A stretch of DNA of 29,926 bases, taken from IMG/VR virus record IMGVR_UViG_3300045988_112872. The stretch is one strand, 5' to 3'. The number at the start of each line of letters is the position of its first letter. Position 1 is the first letter of the stretch. Under the pieces are notes generated by a model. The model worked only from the letters and a program-made list of their open reading frames with translations. It searched no databases and had not been told where the DNA came from. This document shows positions 7,680-18,635 of this stretch, in pieces. The translations under genes were made by a program, and so were the position numbers. The DNA is from a virus.

Positions 7680-7728
7680 GTCAAGTTTTTTACTCACTCA
7701 AAGTACTAAGAAAAAATAAAAACTGACA
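7679..7728 (+). repeat. conserved intergenic element E, copy 2
   Basis: tgtcaagttttttactcactcaaagtactaagaaaaaataaaaactgaca. It begins at the last nt of the terminator hairpin and ends 5 nt from the TAA (7733-7735) of the LRR fibre gene. Confidence 0.75.
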
Positions 7729-7732
7729 AAAA

Positions 7733-8701
7733 TTATGCTGATGCTAAAGTTCAGTTTTTAGATGCAGCTAATGATTTCTGTTCCTCAGTAAGTGCATTAT
7801 AAACGTTAGTATAAAAAGTTAAAGTTTTGGTATCCTTTCCAGTTAAATCACTAACATTTGTAATAATATCAGTTACTGATTGACTATTTAGTGCGCTAAA
7901 ATTTGCTAAATTCATACTTTTATCAGCTCCTTCAACACCCCCAAAATAAGTAACAATAGTATTAGTAAATGCACATATTGAAGCTTTATTTAGATCTCCT
8001 ATTAATGTGCAATTATTTAATTTAATTTTTCCTACTGTTGTAACACCCTCATTATATGAACTAAAGTAATTATATAAAGATAGTTGTCCATTAATAACTT
8101 CAATTTCAGGAACATTACTGCTAACAGAATAAAAGAAAAAATGTAAAGATGATACACCAGTATCAACTTCATTTATCACTTTTAAAGTAGTTGGTAAATT
8201 AGAAGCATTAAAGAATGTTCTTGTTGCATAATTTCAACCAGAGGATAAGGTATTAATTAATTCTAAATTATTTAGTGTGCCTTGAAATCCAGAAAATGTA
8301 TCCGAATCCCCAACACTAATTCTTATATTATCAATATATATATTATATGTGTTTTGGAAGGTATATGATGCGTTATATACTTTAGACAGATCAATATGAC
8401 TTGATATATCTATTGTAGATATGAAATTAGTCCCATCAAATCAATAATGTATATTATCTGGAAGAGAATATTCTATATTATTATATTGCTCTTGTGTCAT
8501 ACTAGAATGTGCAAATGTTAATCCATAATCATTTAAATTAATCTTTCCTCCACCACCTCCAGAAATCTGTCCTATCTTATCTGCATAGCTTCTAAAGGTA
8601 TCGGAATCTGATACAGCAACACCTTTAGCTACAATAGCATCTTTAATGGCACTCTTAGTACCTTCAAGATACGTTAATTTATCAGAAATTGTATTTGCCA
8701 T
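7733..8701 (-). CDS. tail fibre / receptor-binding protein with BspA-type leucine-rich repeats (LRR-A, 322 aa)
   Basis: Joins track ORFs 8441-8701 and 7751-8179 through TGAs at 8441-8443 and 8234-8236. Reads through TGA 7751-7753 (AASKN-W-TLASA) to TAA at 7733. The N-terminus ISDKLTYLEGTKSAIKDAIVAKG is fibre-like. The C-terminus is paralogous to 10117-10959 and 12380-13333. Confidence 0.65.
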
Positions 8702-8702
8702 A

Positions 8703-9224
8703 TTAGATATATTTAAATTTTACCCCTTTATAAGTGTCTGTTCTTCCTTTAAGACAATCTATAACTCTACTATGAGTATACCCATCTATTGATGTTTCAA
8801 TTGCATTTTTATATGTTTTAACTAGTAAATCATTAATAAATAGCCCTACAGGTTTACTAATTTTATCAATACATCTATTTATTCTAGTTCCATATGTATT
8901 ATTATACTTTGCATCACATCATTCTAAATTTTCTACCCTATTATCTGTCTTATTTTCATTTATATGGTTAACATATGGTAGATTGTCAGGATTTGGAATA
9001 AATGCTTCTGCTACTAGTCTGTGAACTTTAATAGCTTTAGGTTTATCTAAGCCAGATACTAGAATTACATAATTATAGCCATATTTATCTATATGCTGTT
9101 TTAGCTTTTTATGTATTTGTTTTCTGGTTCTTCCAATAGAATCTTTAAAAGTCAATGGGTTACTATATACATCTCCTGTAGAAGATACACTATAGTTAGG
9201 ATAATTTGTTAATACTCTATTCAT
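8703..9224 (-). CDS. HNH homing endonuclease (NUMOD4-like N-terminus, HNH, C-terminal HTH; 173 aa)
   Basis: Start at Met 9224 ([21 protein letters not shown]...[13 protein letters not shown]...[27 protein letters not shown] 8919-8921), continuing to TAA at 8703-8705. It overlaps the fibre gene end by 8 nt. Confidence 0.8.
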
Positions 9225-9876
9225 TTGGAATTTCACCATTAATTGTATCAAGAGTAGTTGAAATATTACCAATCTGAGCTTGAATTGCTGAGATTTCTCC
9301 ATCTAACTCTGTCATCTTTGTATTATATGCATCTGTAGTTACATAGTTTGATAACTCACTTTTATCTGCTTTAAGTGCAACTTCATCTTTAGTAGCTAAT
9401 CCAGATACATCAGGAATCTTATTCTCTACAGCTGTAAGCTCTTCTTTAGTAGCAAAATCACTAGTATCAGGAATTTCTGCTTTAGTTGCATAATTACTTA
9501 AATCTACAGATAGTTGCAAACCTTCTCCATTTCTATGTAAAGATAGAGGCTGATTAGCTTGGAATACTTCCATCTTAGAAGTTTCTAACTCCTCAACTTC
9601 TCCTTTAAGATTAGTAATCTCAGTATTAATTGGAACAAGTTTAGCATCTATAGATTGATCTACTAAAGGTGGAACTTGATCTTCAATACTTTCTGTTACT
9701 TTAGTATCAATTAACTCTTCTGCTTTCTCTTCAGAAATGTAATTACCTTTAGGTTGGAATCTTTCATCTGCTTCAATCTTAGTATAAGAACCAACAGGAA
9801 GTTGTCCAGATTCAATACCACATTTCTTACTTACATAGAAAGTTTGTGTATTTTTAGTATTCTTAAGTATAATCAT
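9217..9876 (-). CDS. tail fibre protein, coiled-coil with repeated xATKxE motifs (219 aa)
   Basis: Intact ORF with a TAG stop. It carries repeats such as [38 protein letters not shown], similar to motifs in 10961-12157. Confidence 0.55.
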   Translation of the reverse strand: MIILKNTKNTQTFYVSKKCGIESGQLPVGSYTKIEADERFQPKGNYISEEKAEELIDTKVTESIEDQVPPLVDQSIDAKLVPINTEITNLKGEVEELETSKMEVFQANQPLSLHRNGEGLQLSVDLSNYATKAEIPDTSDFATKEELTAVENKIPDVSGLATKDEVALKADKSELSNYVTTDAYNTKMTELDGEISAIQAQIGNISTTLDTINGEIPNE

Positions 9877-9878
9877 AA

Positions 9879-10115
9879 TTATCTAACTTTTATTGATTCC
9901 TCATACTCTTTAGAAACTTTAATAGCTAATTCTTTATATTCAGCATCCTTATCTAAAGAGACTTCTGATAGATGCTCTAAATCGCAACTTAAAGGACAGA
10001 TACATTCAGTAAATGAACTGTATAATTTAATATCCATTCCTTCTTTATAGTTAGTAAGTATATAACCTTCTTCTGGACTAACTACTTTATATTTTTCTTT
10101 AATTTCAATTTTCAT
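9879..10115 (-). CDS. small protein, paralog of 12159-12380 (possible fibre chaperone/adaptor)
   Basis: 78 aa. It shares EGYILTNYKEGMDIKLYS...CPL with EGYFITSYKEGDDIKEYS...CPL in the other copy. Both copies sit directly upstream of a fibre gene. Confidence 0.5.
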   Translation of the reverse strand: MKIEIKEKYKVVSPEEGYILTNYKEGMDIKLYSSFTECICPLSCDLEHLSEVSLDKDAEYKELAIKVSKEYEESIKVR

Positions 10116-10116
10116 A

Positions 10117-10959
10117 CTAATATGTTACTGACCAGCCTTTACTGGTGATTTGTGATTTTTGCTCTTCTGTTAATGAGTTATATACAGTTTGATGAAATTT
10201 GATTATTAAATTTCTATCTGTAGTATATAATCCATCTATAACATTATCTACTGACTGACTCGTTAATACTGGTAATTTTGATAAATTTAATATTTCTATT
10301 TTAGTGCTTTTCCCTATATTAGTAAACCCTCCTAAATCTGTCAAATAAGAAAAAGGCCCAGAAGCAAATATATTACTATAATCCTGTCACTTTTCTGCAT
10401 TGTATTGTGGCACTGATTCTAAAGATATACAACCTCTAAACATATTGTCTACGGATATTGCATTACTCATATTTATATTTGGTGCATTTTTTAAAGCACT
10501 ACAACCACTAAACATATAATAATATGCAACAGCTATTTGATTATTAATATCTGGCACAGAAACTAAAGAGGAGCAGTTTTGAAACATTTGACTAAATTGA
10601 GTAAATCTAGATAATATATTGGGAACAATTTTTAAGTTACTACACCCATAAAATAATCCATTACCACTATTAATGTTTGCATTTGAAAAATAGGTCATAT
10701 CGGATACATCCTCAATAGAAGTGCTTTCGAATATACTATCATTACCTTTATACCAACTATTTACTGTACTTGCATCACAATCAGTAATTTCATCTTGTCC
10801 AGGAAACAGATTATCTATAACTAACTGTTTAAACTCCAAACTTTTAAATACTATTGGAGTGCAAATATTACTAGGCCAGACTTTGGTACTGCCAACATAA
10901 ATAGCAGTACCTTGTCTGTTACCTACATAAAATGTTTTTAAATCATCTCTAATATTCAT
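10117..10959 (-). CDS. BspA-type LRR protein (LRR-B, 280 aa)
   Basis: Joins track ORFs 10387-10959 and 10117-10344 through TGA 10387-10389 (QYNAEK-W-QDYSNIF). It has LRR units of the form F..C..L...P. The C-terminus is ...SLTEEQKSQITSKGWSVTY. TAG stop. Confidence 0.65.
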
Positions 10960-10960
10960 A

Positions 10961-12157
10961 TTATTCTACAATTAAATATTGTGTATTAGGATCTTTAGTT
11001 GATAAACCATCATACTCTGATTGAGTTAGAACAGTAATAGTATTTATTTGAGGTTGGGTTCCAGTTCCAGCTTCAATATAGTTTCCAGCAGGCTGAATAC
11101 CTAAATCTGATAAACTCTTATTGCCAGATAACTCAACAGAATTAATCTGAGGTTTATTTGTTAACTGAGTATAGTCAGTAGTCCCTCCACCTCCAGATAT
11201 TTCGAGATTACCTTCTCCTAAAATACTTTCACCATTAATAGTCTTTATATTAGTCCCAGAGACTAATTGCTCTTGATAACTATGATAACTAGTATCTGCT
11301 GATACTCCAGTTGGAGTAATAGTAGTTTGAACCAAAGTATGATTAGCTGTAGTACTTTCAAAATGGAAAGTAGCTTGAATATTTTCTCCTGAAACAAAAC
11401 ATACTTCTGGAGCTGCTATATCACCATAACCTAGAATATTTACATAATAAAGCTCAAATGGTGTTTTATTAGCTATAGCATTCTTAACAGCAGCGAAATC
11501 TCCAGAAAGATGAGTAGTGGAATTTATAAATAGAAATGGAATATTAGAACCACTTTCAATTTCTATATTACCTTCTCCAAGTAAAGACTGACTATTGATT
11601 GTTTTGATATTAGTTCCACTTACAAGTAAATCTTGCTTAGTAGCCATCTCTTTATCAAGTGAATCAATCTTATTTCCATCTTCTTCTTGCTTTGTTTTAA
11701 TAATTGATATGTCTGAAGTATTAGTTGCTACTTGAGTAGATAAAGATTCTACCACAGAAGAATCAGCTTTATTGGCAACTGCATCTGAAATTTCAGTTGT
11801 AACCTCTTCTTTAGTTGGATAATCAGCTAATCGTTCAGTTATCTGATTATCAATATTTTCAGCACTTGGAATAGTACTCTTTATTTGCTCTAACTCAGAA
11901 TTAATAGTAACAATATCTTCAGATGACGCTAATCCCAACTCTTCTGAAGTCATATTACCATTTAACTCAATACTATTGATCTCAGGTTTATCCTGAAGAT
12001 CAAAATAGCTATTAGTAGCTAACTGAGAACCATCCATAACCTTAACTTCATCATCCTTGTCAATAACAATAACTTTAGTCACATTTGACTTATCTATTGT
12101 TTCGACTTCAAGGACATTAAGATAAGGAAGAATTGTCTTTTCAGTTTCGTTTGCCAT
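10961..12157 (-). CDS. tail fibre protein with internal repeats (398 aa)
   Basis: Intact ORF. It has the duplicated segment LVSGTNIKTIN(S/G)(Q/E)S(L/I)LGEGN(I/L)EI and the duplicated (D/N)KP(E/Q)INS(I/V)ELxGN. It also has a GGGG linker. Confidence 0.6.
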   Translation of the reverse strand: MANETEKTILPYLNVLEVETIDKSNVTKVIVIDKDDEVKVMDGSQLATNSYFDLQDKPEINSIELNGNMTSEELGLASSEDIVTINSELEQIKSTIPSAENIDNQITERLADYPTKEEVTTEISDAVANKADSSVVESLSTQVATNTSDISIIKTKQEEDGNKIDSLDKEMATKQDLLVSGTNIKTINSQSLLGEGNIEIESGSNIPFLFINSTTHLSGDFAAVKNAIANKTPFELYYVNILGYGDIAAPEVCFVSGENIQATFHFESTTANHTLVQTTITPTGVSADTSYHSYQEQLVSGTNIKTINGESILGEGNLEISGGGGTTDYTQLTNKPQINSVELSGNKSLSDLGIQPAGNYIEAGTGTQPQINTITVLTQSEYDGLSTKDPNTQYLIVE

Positions 12158-12158
12158 A

Positions 12159-12380
12159 TTATTTATTTTTATAAGATTCCTCTTGTTCTTTTAAATATCT
12201 TTCATTTGTTTCTGCATCAATAACCCTATAAATAGATATATCAAAGGTTAAAGGGCAATATAAAATAGTTGATGCACTATACTCTTTAATATCATCACCT
12301 TCTTTATATGAGGTAATAAAATATCCTTCATCAGAGTATAACTTTATAAATATGCTAGTTTCAATATGTAAATGTTCCAT
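12159..12380 (-). CDS. small protein, paralog of 9879-10115
   Basis: 73 aa. See 9879-10115. Its ATG overlaps the upstream TAA. Confidence 0.5.
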   Translation of the reverse strand: MEHLHIETSIFIKLYSDEGYFITSYKEGDDIKEYSASTILYCPLTFDISIYRVIDAETNERYLKEQEESYKNK

Positions 12381-13333
12381 TATGCTAATATCCAGTTTTT
12401 ATTAGTAGCTATTGCTTTCTGTTCATCTGATAATTTTGCCAGATTGGTAGCTCCTAATGTTAAAGTTTTGCTATTCTCCCCTGTTAAATCAACTAATGCA
12501 TTAATAACAGACATTAAAGAATCAGTAGTAAGATTGGTACTTGCTGATAGATATAATCCTGCTCTAAGCTCACCGTTTACTGTAAGATTAGTAATTCCAC
12601 CACATTTTGAAAATATAGGATTTATTGAACCTTCTTGATTTGTGTATGATGGAATGTTTAATGTTACGTCTGTTAATCTAATGCAATCTCCAAACATATT
12701 AGTAGTAGTTACTAATTTAGGAGCATCTAAATTAAGTGTTTTCAGGCTATTATATCCAGGTAAGGCACCTCTGCTAAACATATTAGACCCATCTGTTAAT
12801 TCAGGCATTGGAATAGTGAATGATGTTAAATCATCACATTCTGTAAACATATGTCCGCCATCTTCTAATTTAGGCAATTGCATAGTGAACTCCTTAATGT
12901 TTGATCTTTGACATTTATATCTTCCATCAACTAAATTTTCTCAACCTACAACATTTGCAGGAACAGATGTTCCCGTAAACCTATATAAATTAACTACAGC
13001 TTGCGTAATATCATAAGTTGAAGAAGTTGGCACATTAATAGTAGCTTCAACTTTCTCCATAACATCATAATCAGAGTCAGGAAGAATCTCTATTGGTCCA
13101 TTCTGAGTAATTGTAATTGCTTTGGAAGCTTGAACTGTAGGAACTACTACATCAACAGATACATTTACCTTAGACATTCCATCATATCCCTCATCTGGCA
13201 GTACTTCAAACTCTGCATTTTGAGTATATTCTACTGATTTTTCTTGTAACTTACATTCAGCAGCTTTAATTAAATCTAAATTTTTAGTTGTAGTATTTTT
13301 AGCTACTGGTTCTGATGTGAATACTATTGCCAT
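12380..13333 (-). CDS. BspA-type LRR protein (LRR-C, 317 aa)
   Basis: Joins track ORFs 12941-13333 and 12380-12883 through TGA 12941-12943 (PANVVG-W-ENLVDGRYKC). The C-terminus is ...LSDEQKAIATNKNWILA, with that Trp encoded by TGG. Confidence 0.65.
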
Positions 13334-13388
13334 ATTATTTTTCTATAAAATATAAATTATTCATTATGTGGTATATAAACAAAATAAT

Positions 13389-13412
13389 GGGCAAGTAAAT
13401 TAATACTCGCCC
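13389..13412 (-). terminator. intrinsic terminator after the capsid / tail-tube block
   Basis: On the leftward strand gggcgagt, loop, acttgccc (8 bp with one G-U pair), followed by auuauuuuguuu. Confidence 0.55.
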
Positions 13413-13424
13413 CTCTTTCTGTTA

Positions 13425-13949
13425 TTAAGCACCTACAACGCTTTGGATAGCTTCTGCAGATAACTCATAAGGATAAGAATCTGAATCTGTTGAAAGTGTC
13501 AGAGTATAAGCATTCTGATCACCTTTAGCAGTACCAGTAACACCCGTACCAGCGGAAGCGCTTACATAATCATCTTTACCTAAGAACCAATACTTACCAT
13601 TGCTATCTTCAACAACAACTGCAAGCTGACCAATTGATAAAGCTGCAATCTCTACTCGTTTTGCTGTTTCCATCTTTGTAAATACAAGAGCAAGCTCATT
13701 ACTTACATAATTAACACCAGCACTTTCATCTACATTTAAAGTTGAGGTTAGAGAACCAGTAGCCTTTCTAAATTGGTAGTTATACCATTTAGCTGAAGAC
13801 TCAAGAGTAATAGCTGAAATCATATTGCTCTCAGGATCAACCGTTACACTTTTAACATCTGCATACTGGGTAATCCATACCTGTTTGATTCCACCCAATG
13901 AAGGTTGGCAATCAAGTGTGATTCCTGCGATAGTTATTAAACAAGCCAT
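13425..13949 (-). CDS. abundant structural protein, possibly the major tail (tube) protein (174 aa)
   Basis: Intact ORF directly after the MCP gene and followed by a terminator. It shares the locally higher GC and biased codons of the MCP gene. The function is guessed from position and composition only. Confidence 0.35.
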   Translation of the reverse strand: MACLITIAGITLDCQPSLGGIKQVWITQYADVKSVTVDPESNMISAITLESSAKWYNYQFRKATGSLTSTLNVDESAGVNYVSNELALVFTKMETAKRVEIAALSIGQLAVVVEDSNGKYWFLGKDDYVSASAGTGVTGTAKGDQNAYTLTLSTDSDSYPYELSAEAIQSVVGA

Positions 13950-13989
13950 AATTTCAATATCATTTAGAAGTTAATAAAATCTATTGAAA

Positions 13990-14895
13990 TTAAGCCTTGG
14001 CGCCTAATACTACTTCGTCAGGGAAAGCAACTTGTACACCAGCGTTAAATTCAATAGCTAATCTGAACTCGCGGAAATCCTGTGAATACCACAATTCGAA
14101 TTTCTCTTCATCGTTCATCATATCTACACCATAGAAGAAGTTCTTGTCTAACTGACCAGCAACAATCTTATCAGTTCCATTAAGACCATTAACAGCAATA
14201 ACCTTAACCTGTGAACCAGGAAGATAAATCTCACCATCAAGGCTCTCTCCGCTATAGTGGAAATAGTTCTTCTCAACAAGTTCATTTACGAACTTACGGA
14301 ACATATCGGCACCAACAAGAATCGAAGCACCATCAAGAACCTTCTCAGGAATTGCATTATAAACTGCCATAATGTCAGTATAGGCAGATGTTCCAGCAAT
14401 TGTTACATCTACAGTACCAGCATCATCAGCAAGAATCTTAAGCAGACCATCAAAATACTTCAAGTTATTAGTTTCTGAAGCCGTATCACCCTGCCAGATA
14501 GCTACCTCAATAGCCTCTTTTACGTTCTCTACAACAGCATTTACGAAATCCTCTTCAAAAGGAAGAGTCTTCTGACCAGCGGCTACCTTAACTGCATACT
14601 GAGTCCAGTATTTCAGCATAGCCTTATCGCAATATGCCATATTAATCTTAATATTACCAGTCTTAAGAATTCTCTGAGAAAGAGTCTGAGTTCCAGCCTC
14701 ATCTCAACCACAAGTAAGACCATCACCGAACTGAACATCGGTAGATAACAGGTTAAGAGCAGCATCAGTTTTAATATCTGTCTGAAGATTAAACAAACTT
14801 GCACTCTTAGCTTTTAAAACCGCTTCCTTAATAAGAGGGAGACGTCTTTGCTCCACATAAGCAGGAAGAGTTGTCATTACAGGACTATTTGCCAT
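13990..14895 (-). CDS. major capsid protein, HK97-fold type (301 aa)
   Basis: Joins track ORFs 14704-14895 and 13990-14640 through TGA 14704-14706 (FGDGLTCG-W-DEAGTQTLSQR). It follows the protease and scaffold genes. Size and sequence pattern are typical of an MCP. Confidence 0.75.
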
Positions 14896-14916
14896 AATTA
14901 TTTAAAATTTTATAAA

Positions 14917-15522
14917 TTAACCAATAAAGTTTTTAAGCTTTCTATCTATTTCTGCTATCCCACTTATAGGAGCAGTTGTTTTATTTTCAAGTGTTTCCTC
15001 TGCTGAAAAAGCAGCACTCATCTTACTCATTTTTTCTACAGTCTTTTCAGTAGCTTCTGATTTTCCTTCAAGTTCTGCTACTTTCTTAACAAGCTTATCT
15101 ACAATATCGTAAAGCTCATTAATTTCGCGATGAATAGCGTCGATTGCATCAGTCTCAGTTTCTTTAACACCGTCTGTTTCAACAGCAGGATCAGCAACTT
15201 CCTCAGCTTTTACTCTCTTAGTTCCACAAGCAGCATCAACCTCAACAGTTTTCATACCTTCTTCTGGATCAACTTCAGCTTTAGGATCAGTAATGGACTC
15301 TACTTTGCCGTCTTTAACAACAATCGTTTTGCCATCCTCAGTAACATACTCACCATCAGCAGCAGGTGCATATTCGCCATTTTCATCAGCTACATAAACA
15401 TCCATACCTTCTCTCAGATCCTCGTCTGAATCCCAAGTAAGCACAGCTTTGTCAGTTTTAACATCACTGAACTTTGCAAGCATCTTAGCTAACTCAAGTT
15501 TAATTTTTGTGAATTTACTCAT
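14917..15522 (-). CDS. scaffolding protein (201 aa, acidic, helical)
   Basis: Intact ORF lying between the protease and MCP genes. It is rich in E, D and K with coiled-coil character. Confidence 0.5.
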   Translation of the reverse strand: MSKFTKIKLELAKMLAKFSDVKTDKAVLTWDSDEDLREGMDVYVADENGEYAPAADGEYVTEDGKTIVVKDGKVESITDPKAEVDPEEGMKTVEVDAACGTKRVKAEEVADPAVETDGVKETETDAIDAIHREINELYDIVDKLVKKVAELEGKSEATEKTVEKMSKMSAAFSAEETLENKTTAPISGIAEIDRKLKNFIG

Positions 15523-15528
15523 AATTAA

Positions 15529-16122
15529 TTAATGTTTAACTCTTTTTATTTTTCTCAACATTTTTTGAATCTCTTTAAGTTCCTCATATTCATCAGATTG
15601 TCTTTCTAAAGTGAACAACCCCTCAATAGAGAATCCTTTAAACTTGCCAGCTTTAATTGCATCCCATATAACAGGATTATTTACTTTATAAGTAGCAAAT
15701 AATGAACCATCTGGACAATCAGCAAATTCAACTGGATTAATTCCTCTATCTATATCTTTAACATATAGTTCTTGAAGAATTATTCCAGGAATTACTGAAT
15801 CTTCCAAATGTTCAATATTTACATCAGTAGTTCTCTTATCATACATCATTTTTTCAGCCATTAAACGAAGAGTTTCTTTATCATATTGAATATAATATTC
15901 TCCGTTTTTACTATCCCGTCTAAATATAGGTATATCACATACCATTAAACAAGAAGTAACTATATGTTTTTCTTCATCCATCGAGAACTTCTGAGATTCC
16001 CCAAAAGCAAGCCAATTAACTTGGGTTGCAGGTTTACTGGTCAATGCTACGAACTCTATTCCATCACAATCATCGGCAATAATTGCTTGATATAATGGAA
16101 GATCATTATACATTTTTTCCAT
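15529..16122 (-). CDS. prohead protease, XkdF-like (197 aa)
   Basis: The pattern matches the XkdF family by eye: VALTSKPATQVNWLAF, HIVTSCLMVCDIP, DVNIEH, GSLFATYKVNNPVIWDAIKAGKFKGFSIEG. Confidence 0.65.
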   Translation of the reverse strand: MEKMYNDLPLYQAIIADDCDGIEFVALTSKPATQVNWLAFGESQKFSMDEEKHIVTSCLMVCDIPIFRRDSKNGEYYIQYDKETLRLMAEKMMYDKRTTDVNIEHLEDSVIPGIILQELYVKDIDRGINPVEFADCPDGSLFATYKVNNPVIWDAIKAGKFKGFSIEGLFTLERQSDEYEELKEIQKMLRKIKRVKH

Positions 16123-16200
16123 TTTTTATTAATATATAAGCTATTTTAAAAATGTAATATTGTTACAATCTTTTATTTTTATATATTTATATACTATCAA

Positions 16201-16251
16201 ATGTCAAGTTTTTTACTCAAATTTGTATCTAAGATAAATAAATTTTGACAT
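16201..16251 (+). repeat. conserved intergenic element E, copy 3
   Basis: atgtcaagttttttactcaaatttgtatctaagataaataaattttgacat. The arms ATGTCAA/TTGACAT give 7 bp. It lies between the tape-measure-like gene (stop at 16318) and the protease gene (start at 16122). Confidence 0.7.
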
Positions 16252-16317
16252 AGCACTACTATATAAGCACTGATAATCAGCAACTTACGTAGTAGTGTGT
16301 CATAAATTTTACTCACT

Positions 16318-18633
16318 TTAGAAACTTGCATTTGATTCTGTAACTGCAACTTTAGTTTGAGCAGTAGTAATATCACTCTCAACTACATAACATTTAACTG
16401 GTTGATTCAATTCATCAGTCTCTTTATTGCCAAGTAAATTTCGAGTATACTCAACAGGAGCTTGTGTAAGTGCAGATGGAGCGGATACTGAAGATGATAC
16501 ATCACTACCAGATATTTCTTCATTTTCAATATTTTTAATTTGAAGTAATCCCATAGCAATAGCTGCAGCAGCAGCAATACCACCTAATACAGGACCTACT
16601 ACTGGAATTCCTGCCATAGAGTTATAAGCATTCATTGCTGCAGAAGCGGTATTAAATACGGTAGATATTTTAGCTATAGACTTATAATTTTCCATAGCTT
16701 TTTCTCTCTCCTTTAATGACTTCTTGGAATTATTTGCCTCAAATTTATAGTTTTGAGCTACAGCATCACCTAAACTTCCTAATGCAGCAAAACTTCCTTG
16801 AACAGCAGCTACAATGTCTTTAATTTCATCTTTTTTAGCAGCCTTTATTTTTTCTCCATTAGCTACAATAGCATTTGCAGCAGCAGTATCATTTGCTTCT
16901 CTTTCTGCATTTAATCTTGCATACTCATTATTATACTCTTCTTGAGTTATTAAGCCATTATCAAACGATTCTTTTAAAGTGGTTTGTAATTCTCCAATTC
17001 TTTTATTATCTCTTTCGTAGAATCCTAACTGTATTTCAAGTAGCTCATTAGATTGTGTTATTCTATCGTTCTTTTCACTCTTTATATCTCCCGCAGTCTT
17101 GTATTCGTTTCCAAGACCTGCATTATGTGTATATGTCTTATTATATTTAGTATCTAACTCAGATTGCCTTTGATCAAAAAATCTATTCTCTCGTTCTCTA
17201 AGTTGTTCTAAAGAATTAATTCTATTATTAATTTCTTTACGATACCGCTCGTTCTGATTGTCTAGATACTCTTTATCATAAGCATCATTTATTTGCTTTA
17301 ATCTCTTTCTATATTCCTCAACTGTTATAAGCTCTTTATCTTTAGCTGTTTTAAGAGCATCTAATTGATTTTGATATTTGGTATTTAATTCATCTAACTC
17401 TCTAGCTTCATCATCTAATAGCAGTTTTCTATTCTCTTCATAGAAATCATTGATAACCTTCAGTAAATCAGCGTTACGTTTCTTTGCATCTTCAATATTC
17501 TTTAGATAGTTAGCCTTAGCCTCTTCTCTGGCTTTACGCTCTGCAGAGATTTCCATCAGTTTAATCTTTTCATAAGTTTCTGAAGTTTTCTGCATTAAAC
17601 TATTTCTCTTCTCTATATATGCATTGTAGATACCAGAAGCTTCGTCGTAAGCAGCTCTTTGATCATCATTTAACTTACTTAAAAAGAAATCAACTTCATT
17701 AGAACTAGTTTTTAATCCTCATTGAATCGACTTAGAATAATCTTCCCAAGTGTCATATCCAGATTTCTTAAACTCTTTTCTGAAGTATTTATTACTCTTA
17801 AGTATATCTGTAAATGAATCATTATATGCTTTAGTTACACTTCCAAATTGCTGGAATAATTTAGCATCTAATTCACCTAATGCTTGAGCATAATCCTTTC
17901 AGATTTGTATTTCATTCTTTTTACCTTCAGCTAAATCTCTTTCTCTCTGTCTTTCTAATCCTGCAATTTCTGTATTAGCTTGTGCATAGCTAGTTCCTCA
18001 TTGGTCTGTTATGTCTTTTAACCCTGAAATACTAATTTTTAAATCATCAACTCCAGATGCTGCTTTGATTGCAAAGTCTACTAACATTCCTAATGCTACT
18101 ACTAATGCTCCAATACCTGTTGATATAATAGCAGTTCGTAGCACTCCCATCGCAACAGATAAACCTCCAGTAGCAGTCGTAGCACCAGCCATCGCAACAG
18201 ATAAGGCTTTAAATGATTTTACTCCATTAAGAATACCTTCACCTAAACCTTTTAATCCTCCAATTCCCTGAACTATAGCAATTGCTGCTTGCAATTTAAC
18301 CATAGTTTTTTGAAGATTCTCTGTATCTCTTCCAAATAAAGTAAATGCAGCACTTACAGCCGAAACTCCACCTGCAAGACCGCCAGCTACTTGGTTAATA
18401 CTATCAAAAGCTTTAACTGCATTTACAGTCTTACCTTGCATAGATTCAGTAGCTACATTAAGCTTGTTTTGTGCACTTACAAGCTCTTCAAGTTTTTTGG
18501 AATAGTCAGAACTACCAATTTCCAATGATTCAAGTTCGTCAGTCAAGCCAGCTACTTGTTCTCGTAGCTGCTTGATTGACTTTGTACTTTTAGTAGTATC
18601 TATATCTATTACCTTTTTAATTTCTTCATCCAT
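16318..18633 (-). CDS. tape-measure-like / internal virion protein (771 aa, coiled coils plus Gly/Ala-rich hydrophobic segments)
   Basis: Joins track ORFs 17998-18633 and 16318-17595 (same frame) through TGAs at 17998-18000, 17899-17901 and 17719-17721. I translated the whole gap and found no TAA or TAG. Confidence 0.55.
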
Positions 18634-18635
18634 AT

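Noticed and set aside
10961-12157. The internal repeats in the fibre gene could be a template/variable-repeat pair of a diversity-generating retroelement.
   Set aside because: There is no reverse transcriptase gene anywhere in the genome. The two repeat copies differ at all nucleotide types, not specifically at adenines.
13425-15522. A visibly GC-richer block could be a horizontally acquired island.
   Set aside because: It coincides exactly with the MCP, scaffold and tail-tube-like genes. Biased codon use in the most highly expressed structural genes is the simpler explanation. There are no flanking repeats or mobility genes.
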